Source of the DNA: Candidatus Caenarcanales bacterium
GTDB lineage: Bacteria > Cyanobacteriota > Vampirovibrionia > 2-02-FULL-35-15
Length of the DNA stretch: 64,000 nucleotides
Assembly: GCA_020050435.1 (NCBI GenBank)
Contig: JAGVKQ010000020.1
Span: forward strand, 140,012-204,011
Reading direction: 5' to 3'
In this document: piece by piece, positions 17,286 through 26,985 of the stretch
Layout of the letters: each line of letters opens with the position of its first letter
Numbering within the stretch: position 1 is the stretch's first letter
The notes under the pieces: model-generated
What the model saw: only the letters and a program-made list of their open reading frames with translations
The model's database searches: none
What the model was told of the DNA's origin: nothing
Translations under genes and position numbers: made by a program

Positions 17286-19289
17286 TTACTCTTCTTGTTC
17301 TCTTAATTTTTCAAGTACATTTACATCTTCTAAAGTTGTAGTATCACCTGTAGTTTGCCTTCCACTAGCAATATCTCTAAGTAACCTTCTCATAATTTTC
17401 CCTGAACGGGTCTTAGGAAGAGCATCCGTGAAATGAATTTTTTCTGGTCTAGCAATAGAACCGATTTCTTTAGTGACATGCTCTTTCAATTCTTTAACCA
17501 AATCCTCATCAGTTTTATCATTTTTTATATTGGATTTTTTTGTTACGAATGCACAAATAGCCTCACCTTTAATATCATCTGGATATCCCACTACTGCTGC
17601 CTCAGCTACAGAAGGATGACTAACTAAAGATGATTCTACTTCCATGGTACTTAGTCTGTGTCCTGAAACCTTGATTACATCATCGATTCGCCCAAGCACC
17701 CAGTAGTAACCATCTTTATCACGACGAGCACCATCACCAGCAAAGTAAGAGCCTTTTATATGACTCCAATAAGTTTTTCTATATCTCTCATCATCACCCC
17801 ATATAGTTCTAAGCATAGAAGGCCAAGGTTTTTTAATAACCAGATTTCCACCTTCATTTGGACCAGTAGATTTTCCTTCGCTGTCCACTATATCTACAAA
17901 TATTCCAGGAAGTGGTAACGTCGCTGAACCTGGCTTAGAAGAAGTAATTCCAGGCAGTGGTGAAATCATAATTCCACCTGTTTCAGTCTGCCACCACGTA
18001 TCAACTATCGGACATTTTTTATTTCCAATATTCTCGTGATACCACATCCATGCTTCAGGATTTATAGGTTCTCCTACACTTCCCAATAATCTAAGTGAAG
18101 AAAGATCATATTTTTTCACCCAATCTAAACCAGCCTTGGCAAAGGCTCTAATGGCAGTCGGTGCTGTATAAAAAACAGACACCTTGTTTTCATTTATTAT
18201 TTTCCAAAATCTTCCCCAGTCTGGGAAATTCGGCGCACCTTCATAAAGTAGAACAGTAGCACCATTACTAAGGGGTCCATAAACTACATATGTATGCCCT
18301 GTAACCCAGCCTATATCAGCACTACACCAGTAAATATCAGAATCTTTAATATCAAAAATCCATTTAGTAGTTAATGTAGCCCAAAGTAAATACCCAGCAG
18401 TACTATGTAAAATGCCTTTGGGTTTTCCAGTAGTACCTGAAGTATAGAGAGTAAAAAGTGGATGCTCTGAATCCAACTCAGTTGCTTTATGGATAGCAGA
18501 TGATTTTGACATAAGTTCATGCCAAGAGAAGGTTAATGGTTGATGGTTGATGGTTGATGGTTGGGGATTATTATTTATTCTGCCTACCACAATAACATTT
18601 TCAACAGTAGTACATTTCTTCAAAGCCTCATCTACATTTATTTTCAGAGGAACTATCTGACCGCGACGATAACCACCATCAGCTGTTATAACTAACTTAG
18701 CTTTAGAATCATTTATTCTATCAGCCAAAGCTTCCTGACTAAATCCACCAAAAACCACACTATGAACAGCACCAATTCTAGTACAAGCAAGCATTGCCAC
18801 TACAGCTTCAGGGACAAGTGGCATATAAATAATTATTCTGTCTTTTTCTTTAATTCCAAGATTTATTAAAACATTGGAGAACTTACAAACTTCTTCATGT
18901 AGTTCTTTATAAGTAAGTTCTTTCTTCTCTTCATTTTCCCCTATCCAAATTAATGCTTTTTTATTTCCTCTTTTTTCTAAATGTCTGTCCAAACAATTAA
19001 AAGAAACATTGGTTTTTCCATTCACAAACCACTTAGAAAAAGGCTCATTCCAATCCAAGACCTTATCCCATTTTTTAAACCAATGCAGATTCTCATTAGC
19101 TAAATCACTCCAAAAACCCTCAAAATCAGTATTTGCTTTTTTTACTAATTTTTCATACTCAGACTTAGAAAGATTTGCCTGCTTAGCAAAAGCATCTGAA
19201 GGTGGGAATAAGCGATCTTCATGCAAACTGGATTCTATATTTTTTTCTGACATATTTTCATTATATCGTTTTAAATTTATATGAGACAA
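17286..19289 (-). CDS. acs: acetyl-CoA synthetase (AMP-forming)
   Basis: 667 aa. [14 protein letters not shown]-binding motif. Collinear with E. coli Acs including the C-terminal [11 protein letters not shown]. Confidence 0.9.
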   Translation of the reverse strand: MSHINLKRYNENMSEKNIESSLHEDRLFPPSDAFAKQANLSKSEYEKLVKKANTDFEGFWSDLANENLHWFKKWDKVLDWNEPFSKWFVNGKTNVSFNCLDRHLEKRGNKKALIWIGENEEKKELTYKELHEEVCKFSNVLINLGIKEKDRIIIYMPLVPEAVVAMLACTRIGAVHSVVFGGFSQEALADRINDSKAKLVITADGGYRRGQIVPLKINVDEALKKCTTVENVIVVGRINNNPQPSTINHQPLTFSWHELMSKSSAIHKATELDSEHPLFTLYTSGTTGKPKGILHSTAGYLLWATLTTKWIFDIKDSDIYWCSADIGWVTGHTYVVYGPLSNGATVLLYEGAPNFPDWGRFWKIINENKVSVFYTAPTAIRAFAKAGLDWVKKYDLSSLRLLGSVGEPINPEAWMWYHENIGNKKCPIVDTWWQTETGGIMISPLPGITSSKPGSATLPLPGIFVDIVDSEGKSTGPNEGGNLVIKKPWPSMLRTIWGDDERYRKTYWSHIKGSYFAGDGARRDKDGYYWVLGRIDDVIKVSGHRLSTMEVESSLVSHPSVAEAAVVGYPDDIKGEAICAFVTKKSNIKNDKTDEDLVKELKEHVTKEIGSIARPEKIHFTDALPKTRSGKIMRRLLRDIASGRQTTGDTTTLEDVNVLEKLREQEE
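18531..18565. repeat. tandem heptamer (ggttRat)x5 inside the acs coding sequence
   Basis: ggttaat ggttgat ggttgat ggttgat ggttggg read directly; encodes [12 protein letters not shown] on the minus strand. Confidence 0.8.
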
Positions 19290-19296
19290 TTTATTT

Positions 19297-19950
19297 ATGC
19301 TTTCATTAAAAAATATGAATGATTTCCAAAACGTATCTAAAGACTACGGGATAAACATTTCAGAATCACAATTAAACCAATTCCAAAAATATCATGATTT
19401 TTTACTTGAATGGAATAAAATGATAAATCTTATTTCAAGACAAAATGCAACCACTGAAACAATACTGGAACGCCATTTTCTTGATTCAATTATATTTCTT
19501 CCAGAAATTGAGGGTTTGATTTATCAAACCCCAACGGTTTTAGATATAGGATCAGGAGCTGGCTTTCCTGCTATTCCCTTAGCCATTATGAAACCTGAGT
19601 GGGATTTCACACTCAGCGATGCCACAATGAAAAAAGCAAACTTTTTAAATGAACTTATAAAACATTTAGATTTAAAAAATGCAAAGGTTGAAAACAAGCG
19701 TGCTGAAGAAATAAAAAATAAATATAACTTCACCACTGCTCGTGCTGTAGCTAAAATTGATGAATTAATAAAATATTCTTCACCTATACTAAAAAAAGGT
19801 GGGTCTCTACTAGCATTTAAAGGACCAGCTTATGAAGAAGAATTAAACAGTGCAAAAGATTTAATTGAAAGCAAAAAGTTAAAAGTTAAAATGTTTTCAA
19901 AAGAAGTAAATGAATTTAGTAAGAAGTTAGTGGTAATTACCCAACCCTAG
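19297..19950 (+). CDS. rsmG: 16S rRNA (guanine527-N7)-methyltransferase RsmG/GidB
   Basis: [20 protein letters not shown]-binding motif. Size and architecture of GidB. Confidence 0.8.
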   Translation: MLSLKNMNDFQNVSKDYGINISESQLNQFQKYHDFLLEWNKMINLISRQNATTETILERHFLDSIIFLPEIEGLIYQTPTVLDIGSGAGFPAIPLAIMKPEWDFTLSDATMKKANFLNELIKHLDLKNAKVENKRAEEIKNKYNFTTARAVAKIDELIKYSSPILKKGGSLLAFKGPAYEEELNSAKDLIESKKLKVKMFSKEVNEFSKKLVVITQP

Positions 19951-20371
19951 TGTTTTTAAGCCTTCTAGCTAATTCTACTGTTTCTAGCATAACTAATAAT
20001 TTAGCTAATTCCATTTCTGCTTGTTGGACTTCTACTTGTTCTGTACTCTTATGAGCTAATTTTGCTGCTGCTAATTCTTTTTCTCTTTCAGCTACTACTG
20101 AATCTATATTTTCAGCTAAAGCCGCATGATCTGAAATAATAGTGACGCCTTCTTTAGAAACTTCCATCATTCCGCCAAGTACTGCTGCAACTTTTCTTTC
20201 ACCACCAGAAAAATACTGAAATGGTGCTAATGAAAGTGGTGTAATAAGTGGAATATGATCTGGAAGAACACCAATCTCACCATCAATACTACGAGCAATT
20301 ATTTGCTCTACTTCTTCATCAAGTATTGTGGCACTAGGGGTTAAAACTTTTAATTTGAATGTTTTTGGCAT
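19937..20371 (-). CDS. atpC: F0F1 ATP synthase epsilon subunit (orphan, no atpD upstream)
   Basis: LKVLTPSATILDEEVEQIIARSIDGEIGVLPDHIPLITPL beta-sandwich plus C-terminal helical hairpin. Collinear with E. coli AtpC. Confidence 0.75.
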   Translation of the reverse strand: MPKTFKLKVLTPSATILDEEVEQIIARSIDGEIGVLPDHIPLITPLSLAPFQYFSGGERKVAAVLGGMMEVSKEGVTIISDHAALAENIDSVVAEREKELAAAKLAHKSTEQVEVQQAEMELAKLLVMLETVELARRLKNTRVG

Positions 20372-20407
20372 AGGATTATTTTATATTATATGGCATTGTA
20401 AAAGACG

Positions 20408-20523
20408 TGGCAATCTAACGTAAAATGTCATTCTGAAGGAGTGAAACGACTGAAGAATCTAATAACGTTTTTAGATTCTTCGCCTTCGGCTCAGAATGAC
20501 ACAATACCTTAGTTAGATTGCCA
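20408..20523. repeat. nested palindromic repeat element (~116 bp), copy 1
   Basis: Outer IR tggcaatctaac/gttagattgcca, middle IR gtcattctgaagg/ccttcggctcagaatgac, inner IR tgaagaatcta/tagattcttc. Near-identical second copy at 26835-26951. The right arm supplies the last three codons and stop of the 20513-21664 gene. Confidence 0.8.
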
Positions 20524-21664
20524 TGGTAGAGTCATTAGTAATGCCGTCTCTACAAATAGCTTCTCCGCTTCTTATAGTTAACCAATCTACACAAGTTTTC
20601 CAGACCGTAGATTTAGCTCTTTCACTTCCCATAAGAGAAAGATGTCCAAGAGGAAATTCCATGTATTGAAAGTCATTTGTGGAAATGTATTTCTGAATGG
20701 CTCTTACTGAATCAGCTGGGACAAAAGAATCTCTACTACCAGCTATGGTTAAAAGATTTGCTCTGAAGTTTGAAAGACTTACGACCTGATCAAGTAATTT
20801 CATTTTCCCGTTTATAAGTTCATTTGTAGAAATAGATTCAAACATTTGTTTAAAGGTTGTTTCTGGAAGATTTTGGAAGTTTCCAAAAAAACTATTCAAT
20901 GCCTGACTCTTAACAAGAAAATCTCTATCCCAAGCTCTATTTAATAAGTGCCCTGGTCTTTTAAAATCACCATATAAATTAACTGTCTTAAACATGCAAG
21001 TAAGAAGCTCTTTAGGCATACAACCAAATTTTTCTGAAATGGCAAACCATTCCTTTTTAAAAGGTTTAAAGATTACATTGAAAAACTTTAAATAGCTTAA
21101 ATCTATGGGTCCAGCAATATTAATAACATTTTTAATATCGTTTCTAATATCTATAGAAACACTGGAGTAAATAATGCTAAAAGCTCCACCCAAGCAATAA
21201 CCAAGTAGTGAAACTTGTTCTGAGTTAGAGTGCTTTTTAGTCATATGAACAGCTCTATATAAAAAATTTAAAATATAATCATCTATTTTCAAGTGAGAAT
21301 CATTTCTATCAGGTCTTCCAAAATCCACAAGATAAACATTAAAACCAGCATCTAGAAGCGTTTCAGCCAAACTGTGACTAGGAGTTAAATCTAAAAGATC
21401 AGTAGTAGACATCAAAGGCGGAACTAAAATAACAGGAACACTAAAAATGTTTTCTCTCTTTGGATAGTAATGATAAAGAGTTACATATTTTTCTTGATAT
21501 AAAAGCTTTCTTGCATTATCCCGATTCGGTCTAATATCTTTTTTTATAGCAATTTCTAGGCCATTTAAAGCTCGCAAAAATGTCTTTTCTGTTTGTTCTT
21601 GAATAACAGATTCTAGATTTTTTGGTATTTCCAGGTTAAGAAGTTTTTTAAGATTTAAAAGCAT
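20513..21664 (-). CDS. alpha/beta-hydrolase with lipase box GYCLGG; class III PHA synthase (PhaC)-like
   Basis: 383 aa. LLGYCLGGAFSI (G-x-C-x-G-G). Size as for class III PhaC. No phaE seen. Confidence 0.45.
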   Translation of the reverse strand: MLLNLKKLLNLEIPKNLESVIQEQTEKTFLRALNGLEIAIKKDIRPNRDNARKLLYQEKYVTLYHYYPKRENIFSVPVILVPPLMSTTDLLDLTPSHSLAETLLDAGFNVYLVDFGRPDRNDSHLKIDDYILNFLYRAVHMTKKHSNSEQVSLLGYCLGGAFSIIYSSVSIDIRNDIKNVINIAGPIDLSYLKFFNVIFKPFKKEWFAISEKFGCMPKELLTCMFKTVNLYGDFKRPGHLLNRAWDRDFLVKSQALNSFFGNFQNLPETTFKQMFESISTNELINGKMKLLDQVVSLSNFRANLLTIAGSRDSFVPADSVRAIQKYISTNDFQYMEFPLGHLSLMGSERAKSTVWKTCVDWLTIRSGEAICRDGITNDSTMAI

Positions 21665-21794
21665 TTTCTACTTAAATTTAGCATTTTCAAGTGCATTTTC
21701 CTTATGAAAAGTTAAAACTTGCTAAAAATCAAAGTATAGATGTGATTTTTATATAAAATGAAACTCTTCTTAATGTATATCTTAAAATAAAACT

Positions 21795-22454
21795 ATGACT
21801 GCAGTCACTTGTATAAAACCAAATACTCCTCCACGTCTTGCTGATTTGACTGAAGCTGTTTCTGAACTTGAACTTATTAGAAGAGCAAAAGGTGGTGATG
21901 AAGATGCGATGAAAGCATTAGTTTTAAGATATATTCCCTACATAAGAACATGTGCTAGAAATGCTTCTCCTGAGCTTGACGCTCATGAAATAGAATCTCA
22001 AGCTACAGAAAAGATTCCAACTCTAGTAGCAGAATTTAAAGTTGAGAAAAGTAAAAATCAAGGATTACGTCCACTCTTAGCAAAGACTATCTACTTTATT
22101 AAATTGAACTTATATAGAAAGCTGGATAAAGAGCGAACTCATCTTCCTCAATATGCTTTACTTAGACAACAATCTCAAATTCGAAGACAATCAGATTCTT
22201 CACAAAATGTCTTAGATGATTCAGTTATATTAAAAATAAAGTCTATTCTAAGTTCTAAACAAATACAAGCAATTGAACTCAGTTTAGGACTAGACCTTGG
22301 AACAAATTCTACGAAGATACAGCTAGATGATAATCAAATAGCAACTATTCTAGAAACAAATGCGAGAAATGTACGCAAAATAAAATCAGTTGCGTTGGGG
22401 AAATTGAGAACAGCTTTTTCTAGGAACGAGAAAAGAAGCACTATAGCAGCATAA
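21795..22454 (+). CDS. sigma-70 family (ECF-like) sigma factor, divergent
   Basis: Region-2-like ELIRRAKGGDEDAMKALVLRYIPYIR and region-4 HTH IATILETNARNVRKIKSVALGKLR. Confidence 0.45.
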   Translation: MTAVTCIKPNTPPRLADLTEAVSELELIRRAKGGDEDAMKALVLRYIPYIRTCARNASPELDAHEIESQATEKIPTLVAEFKVEKSKNQGLRPLLAKTIYFIKLNLYRKLDKERTHLPQYALLRQQSQIRRQSDSSQNVLDDSVILKIKSILSSKQIQAIELSLGLDLGTNSTKIQLDDNQIATILETNARNVRKIKSVALGKLRTAFSRNEKRSTIAA

Positions 22455-22572
22455 CTTATGGGATTTTAGACAAGCTAAAATCTCCATTTACTTTAAATAA
22501 CACTGACAGGATCCACCGAATAAATCGAACAAATCCTTTCTTTATAAATTCATAAGGATTAGCAAGTTAGAT

Positions 22573-23943
22573 TTAGTAGATTCTTAAGTATCTATTTTCT
22601 TCCCAGCTAGAGACTTGAATTCTGTATTCATCCCATTCTTCCCATTTTAAGGAGAGGAATTGACCATAGATGTGTTCACCAAGGGCTTCTTTAGCAATGG
22701 CACTGTTTTCCATTTCTCTAAGTGCTTCTTCTAATGTGCCAGGTAAACTATCTACTTTTAACTCTTTCTTTTCTTCGGGAGTAAGGTGATAAATATTTCT
22801 ATTTACTGGTGCCGGTGGATCAATCTTATTTTTCATACCATCAAGACCAGCAATCAACATACAAGCAATAACTAAATAAGGATTTGCTGCTGGATCAGGA
22901 GATCTTAACTCCACACGAGTAGCTGCACCTCTCTTATCAGGAACTCTGCAAAGTGCTGATCTATTTCCTGGTGACCATGCAATATACACAGGAGCTTCAT
23001 ATCCTGGGACCAATCTCTTATAGCTATTTACTAGTGGATTTGATACTGCACAAATACCGCGAATATGTTTTAAAAGTCCGCCAATATAATATTTCATATC
23101 TTTGCTCAATTTATCTGGTGTACTTGCATCAAAGAATGTATTCTTTCCATCTTTAAATAAGGATTGATTACAGTGCATGCCAGAACCGTTCTGACCAAAA
23201 ATAGGCTTTGGCATAAAAGTAGCATGCATGCCGTGTTTTGCAGCAACAGCTTTAGTAACCCATCTAAATGTAGCAATGTTATCTGCTGCACTCAATGCAT
23301 CTTCATACTTGAAATCAATTTCATGCTGACCAATAGCAACTTCATGGTGAGATGCTTCAATTTCAAAGCCCATGTTTTCAAGAGTATAAATAATTTCTCT
23401 TCTAACTTGTTGACCAATATCAAGAGGCTCTACATCAAAATATGCAGCGACATCACTAGGATCGATTGTAGGATTTCCATTTTCATCTTTATTAAAAAGG
23501 AAAAACTCACATTCAGGTCCTACGTTCATCATATAGCCAAGTTCTTTTTTAACTTTAGCTAAAACTCTCTTTAAGTTATTTCTAGGACATCCCGGAAATG
23601 GTTGACCTTCTGGATCATAAATATCACAAACCAATCTAGCTACTCTACCTTCAGATGGTCTCCAAGGAAGAACTCTAAAAGTTCTTTTATCTGGATAAAA
23701 ATAAAGATCGGATTTTTCAATTCTTTGGAATCCTTTTACAGAACTTCCATCTAACATAAGCTCATTATTTAAGGCTTTTTCTAATTGACTAATAGGAATA
23801 GCAAGATTTTTTACAATGCCAAAAATATCAATAAACTGCATACGAACAAACTTTATATCGTTTTCTCTAGCGAGTTTTATGATCTCTTCATTTGTAGGGT
23901 TTTCTGAAGTGGTAATATTTCGTGAATCTAGCATAGTACTCAT
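22573..23943 (-). CDS. glnA: glutamine synthetase type I
   Basis: 456 aa. KFVRMQFIDIFG and LDGSSV beta-grasp N-domain. Catalytic-domain blocks collinear with GlnA. Confidence 0.85.
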   Translation of the reverse strand: MSTMLDSRNITTSENPTNEEIIKLARENDIKFVRMQFIDIFGIVKNLAIPISQLEKALNNELMLDGSSVKGFQRIEKSDLYFYPDKRTFRVLPWRPSEGRVARLVCDIYDPEGQPFPGCPRNNLKRVLAKVKKELGYMMNVGPECEFFLFNKDENGNPTIDPSDVAAYFDVEPLDIGQQVRREIIYTLENMGFEIEASHHEVAIGQHEIDFKYEDALSAADNIATFRWVTKAVAAKHGMHATFMPKPIFGQNGSGMHCNQSLFKDGKNTFFDASTPDKLSKDMKYYIGGLLKHIRGICAVSNPLVNSYKRLVPGYEAPVYIAWSPGNRSALCRVPDKRGAATRVELRSPDPAANPYLVIACMLIAGLDGMKNKIDPPAPVNRNIYHLTPEEKKELKVDSLPGTLEEALREMENSAIAKEALGEHIYGQFLSLKWEEWDEYRIQVSSWEENRYLRIY

Positions 23944-24132
23944 TTCTATCTCCTCATTATTCTGGGCCTTATAACTTTAAATAAAGAATTTTAATGCTGC
24001 TATCTTAGAAGCTTATTAAATAAAAGGATTCATCCTTTATGACAATAATAATAAGGGTTTTTGTTAAATAGAGTCAATTTTAACGTATATGAAAAGTACT
24101 AAATACATAATTAACTGACTGATGGCTTATGG

Positions 24133-25095
24133 GTGGCTATAATACTATTCATGTTTAAGATCAGAACACCACAAATTAGTGATTTTTCAAAACTTGAGCC
24201 TTTATTTCAAAATCATCCTTTGTTTTCGTCCCTCAATGCAAACAAATTTATTTGTATAGCTCAAACAATTATTCCTTATAATTTTAGAGTCATGCCAAGT
24301 ATTCATTTGGCAGTAGAAAAAGAAAAGATACTTGGTTTTATAATTTTAAGCTCTGTATCCCCCTCAAATAATGCCTGGCAAATTGATGATGTTTATATAC
24401 AAGAAGAAGTAAGAAAGCATGGAATAGGAGAAGAACTGGTTAGATATGCTATATCAGTCTATGGCGGATATGGAATAGAGCATTTTTTAGTAGAAGTGGA
24501 TTCTCAGAATTTTCCTGCCCTATCTTTATTTCATCAATGTGGTTTTAGAAGATATGCAAAAGTTCACTTTTACCAAAAAGAGATGGGGGCGGAAGCCTTA
24601 CCGGTTTTGGGAAACGAATTCATTATTAGACCTCAATTAAATATTGACTTAAACGATATAGAAAAACTAGAGCTATCTATAATCCCTCCTGACTTAAGAC
24701 CAGCACTAGGCAGATCAAAAAAATATTTCAAATCTAAAAAAGATGCTTTAGTTCTTATTGATAAATCCAGAAAATTATTAATAGGCTGGGCTCAAATAGA
24801 CTGCATTAAAGACAACGATTGCCTGATTGAAATGTTAATAAGTCCCGGATGGACACATTTATATAAACCATTTCTAGATACCATAATCAGTGAAAGATTA
24901 CTCTCAAAAACAAATAGCTTCAAATTAACAATTAAAGCCACAGACTATAATACTGATCTTTCAAATATTCTTACTGAATCAAAATTTTTACCAGTAGAAG
25001 TTAAAGAACTCTTAGTAAGAACAGTTTGGCAAAAAGCCAAAGAGAAATCTAAACAATCAGCTAATGTGGGAGCTCCGTCTATAGCACCGACTTAG
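24133..25095 (+). CDS. GNAT-family N-acetyltransferase (possibly tandem GNAT folds)
   Basis: RKHGIGEELVRYAI acetyl-CoA-binding motif A. Confidence 0.5.
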   Translation: MAIILFMFKIRTPQISDFSKLEPLFQNHPLFSSLNANKFICIAQTIIPYNFRVMPSIHLAVEKEKILGFIILSSVSPSNNAWQIDDVYIQEEVRKHGIGEELVRYAISVYGGYGIEHFLVEVDSQNFPALSLFHQCGFRRYAKVHFYQKEMGAEALPVLGNEFIIRPQLNIDLNDIEKLELSIIPPDLRPALGRSKKYFKSKKDALVLIDKSRKLLIGWAQIDCIKDNDCLIEMLISPGWTHLYKPFLDTIISERLLSKTNSFKLTIKATDYNTDLSNILTESKFLPVEVKELLVRTVWQKAKEKSKQSANVGAPSIAPT

Positions 25096-26636
25096 ACAGT
25101 AGATTTTTCAACTCCTGGACGAGCTTTATATTTTTTCTTTGCAGCTGGGAAAGAATCGGCATCTTTAGCTGTTAAAACTGTATGAGGCCTATTTGTTATT
25201 TCTTTATCTTTTAATCCAGTAATTTTTGATTTTTGTACAGTCTCAGCTCTAGTACCAGGACAATTAATCATTTCAAGTGCCTGAGCATCATATGCGCCCG
25301 CACCCTCACTATTTTTTATTAAAGCTCCATATGAATCAGTGATAGTAGCATCTGGGCTGTTATCTATGGTGTTTTTATCTCCATTTTTAATTTCAGAACC
25401 AGGGCTGTTTATAGATTTAGAACCAATAGATCCACTATGAGTAGAATTTGGACTGTTTTTAAGTTCAGCTCCATTACTGCCACTGATTATAGAATTACCA
25501 CTATTAGAAGCCTTAACATTAATACTCTTTTTAATATTTAGACCTTCACTGTTTTTTACAACTGAATCATGTGCTTTTATAAAAACAGCATTAGGGCTTT
25601 CTGTTACTTCTATTCCAGAAGAAACATTTGCTTTTACACCTGAACTGTTCTTCAGATTGGCTTCACTACTTTTTACTATTGAAGAATTACTACTACCAGA
25701 AGCTTTGACCCTACGACTTTCTATAACCTTTACACCTTCACTCTTGTTAAGATTTGCATAATCTGCACCATCAAGAACTGCATCAGGACAATCTTTCACT
25801 TTTATTCCAGCAGAATCCTTTGCACTTAACCCAGGGCTATTTTTTATTACCACTTTAGAGTTATCATCACAATTTACATTTATTATATTCACTCCTCCGC
25901 TATTAAGAAGCCTTACTCCATCAGATGATTCTTCTGCAAAGAAATTTGGCGAATTATGAGCTTTAAAAAACTCACAACTTAAAACTATTCCAGGACTGTT
26001 GTTAAGATTTACATCATCACTATTCACTATAATAGTTCCTGAACCTAGAAGAAGAGCTTTACGAATAGTCCCACCTTCAGAATATTTCAAACATAGTTCC
26101 TCTAATGTTTTAGGATCTATTTTTCTTGGTTTTCCTGGAGAATTTATAATTCTACAATTATGACTTAAAAAGAATCCTGCATTATCACTATCTATGGCAC
26201 AACCATTGGCAGCAACTGCAAATATTGCATTTTTACTTCTAAAAGCAAGGCTTTTATCTGACACTCCACCAAAATAAGATTTTGGACTTTCTATAGCAAC
26301 TGAGTTATTAGCTTTTGAACTAGAATCTTTACTATCTATAAAAATATTGCCTTTTGATTCTTTTCCAAATGACTCTTCAGCTTTTCTAACGCTCATTCCA
26401 AAAGGTAGTGGCTTTTTATTTTCACCACTTAAAAAAACAGCTTTTCCATTAATAACTCTTACAAAAGTTTCACCTTGTGATTCATAGATAATATTAAATC
26501 TATCAGTCAGTTTAACATCTACTTTATTTCCTGATCTGTCTACGTAAGTCTTACCTGCCTTAGGAATTGTTAGCTCTTTTGTATCTTTTACTGTCTTAAG
26601 TACACTCGATTCTTTAATAACTGAATCTATTCTCAT
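25092..26636 (-). CDS. novel repeat protein with approximately 11-13-residue periodic NS(P/E/S/G)G motifs, probably beta-solenoid
   Basis: More than 15 repeats of the type KNSPG.., KNSEG.., NSSG.., NSGG.. across residues 150-460. No signal peptide. No match to a family I know. Confidence 0.5.
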   Translation of the reverse strand: MRIDSVIKESSVLKTVKDTKELTIPKAGKTYVDRSGNKVDVKLTDRFNIIYESQGETFVRVINGKAVFLSGENKKPLPFGMSVRKAEESFGKESKGNIFIDSKDSSSKANNSVAIESPKSYFGGVSDKSLAFRSKNAIFAVAANGCAIDSDNAGFFLSHNCRIINSPGKPRKIDPKTLEELCLKYSEGGTIRKALLLGSGTIIVNSDDVNLNNSPGIVLSCEFFKAHNSPNFFAEESSDGVRLLNSGGVNIINVNCDDNSKVVIKNSPGLSAKDSAGIKVKDCPDAVLDGADYANLNKSEGVKVIESRRVKASGSSNSSIVKSSEANLKNSSGVKANVSSGIEVTESPNAVFIKAHDSVVKNSEGLNIKKSINVKASNSGNSIISGSNGAELKNSPNSTHSGSIGSKSINSPGSEIKNGDKNTIDNSPDATITDSYGALIKNSEGAGAYDAQALEMINCPGTRAETVQKSKITGLKDKEITNRPHTVLTAKDADSFPAAKKKYKARPGVEKSTV

Positions 26637-26834
26637 TATTTATCCTCTTTCTTAAATATTCTATTTCAAACCTATCATGGTTAAGAAATCAAAATCAAGA
26701 AGATTAGAGAAATTTAATTTTTTATAAATGATTTGCCAAAGATTCTGAAGAAAAAATAAAGAAAAGGCGGAGAGCTGGTTAAGATATAGGATTTTCATGC
26801 ATGGTTGAAGAAAAAGAAGAAGACAAAATAAACG

Positions 26835-26951
26835 AAGCAATCTAGTGATGCAGTATGTCATTCTGAATGAGTGAAACGAATGAAGAATCTACTTACGCTA
26901 GTGGATTCTTCGCTAAGGCTCAGAATGACACCTGGCGGTATTAGATTGCTT
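26835..26951. repeat. nested palindromic repeat element (~117 bp), copy 2
   Basis: cgaagcaatcta...gtcattctgaatgagtgaaacgaatgaagaatcta...gattcttcgctaaggctcagaatgacac...tagattgcttcg. Aligns base for base with 20408-20523. Confidence 0.8.
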
Positions 26952-26956
26952 CGTCA

Positions 26957-26985
26957 GGGCTAAAGCCCTTCCTCGCAATGACGTG
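26957..26985. repeat. hairpin agggctaaagccct plus half-site cctcgcaatgacgtg of the second palindromic family
   Basis: Same cctcgcaatgacgtg arm as at 33886-33902 and (reverse) 37904-37918. Confidence 0.6.

Noticed and set aside
18531-18565. Heptamer repeat as an in-frame insertion into Acs
   Set aside because: The Acs segment between the conserved blocks has the same length as in E. coli Acs as I recall it. It is therefore native sequence written with a repeat, not an insertion. It is retained only as a slippage-prone repeat.
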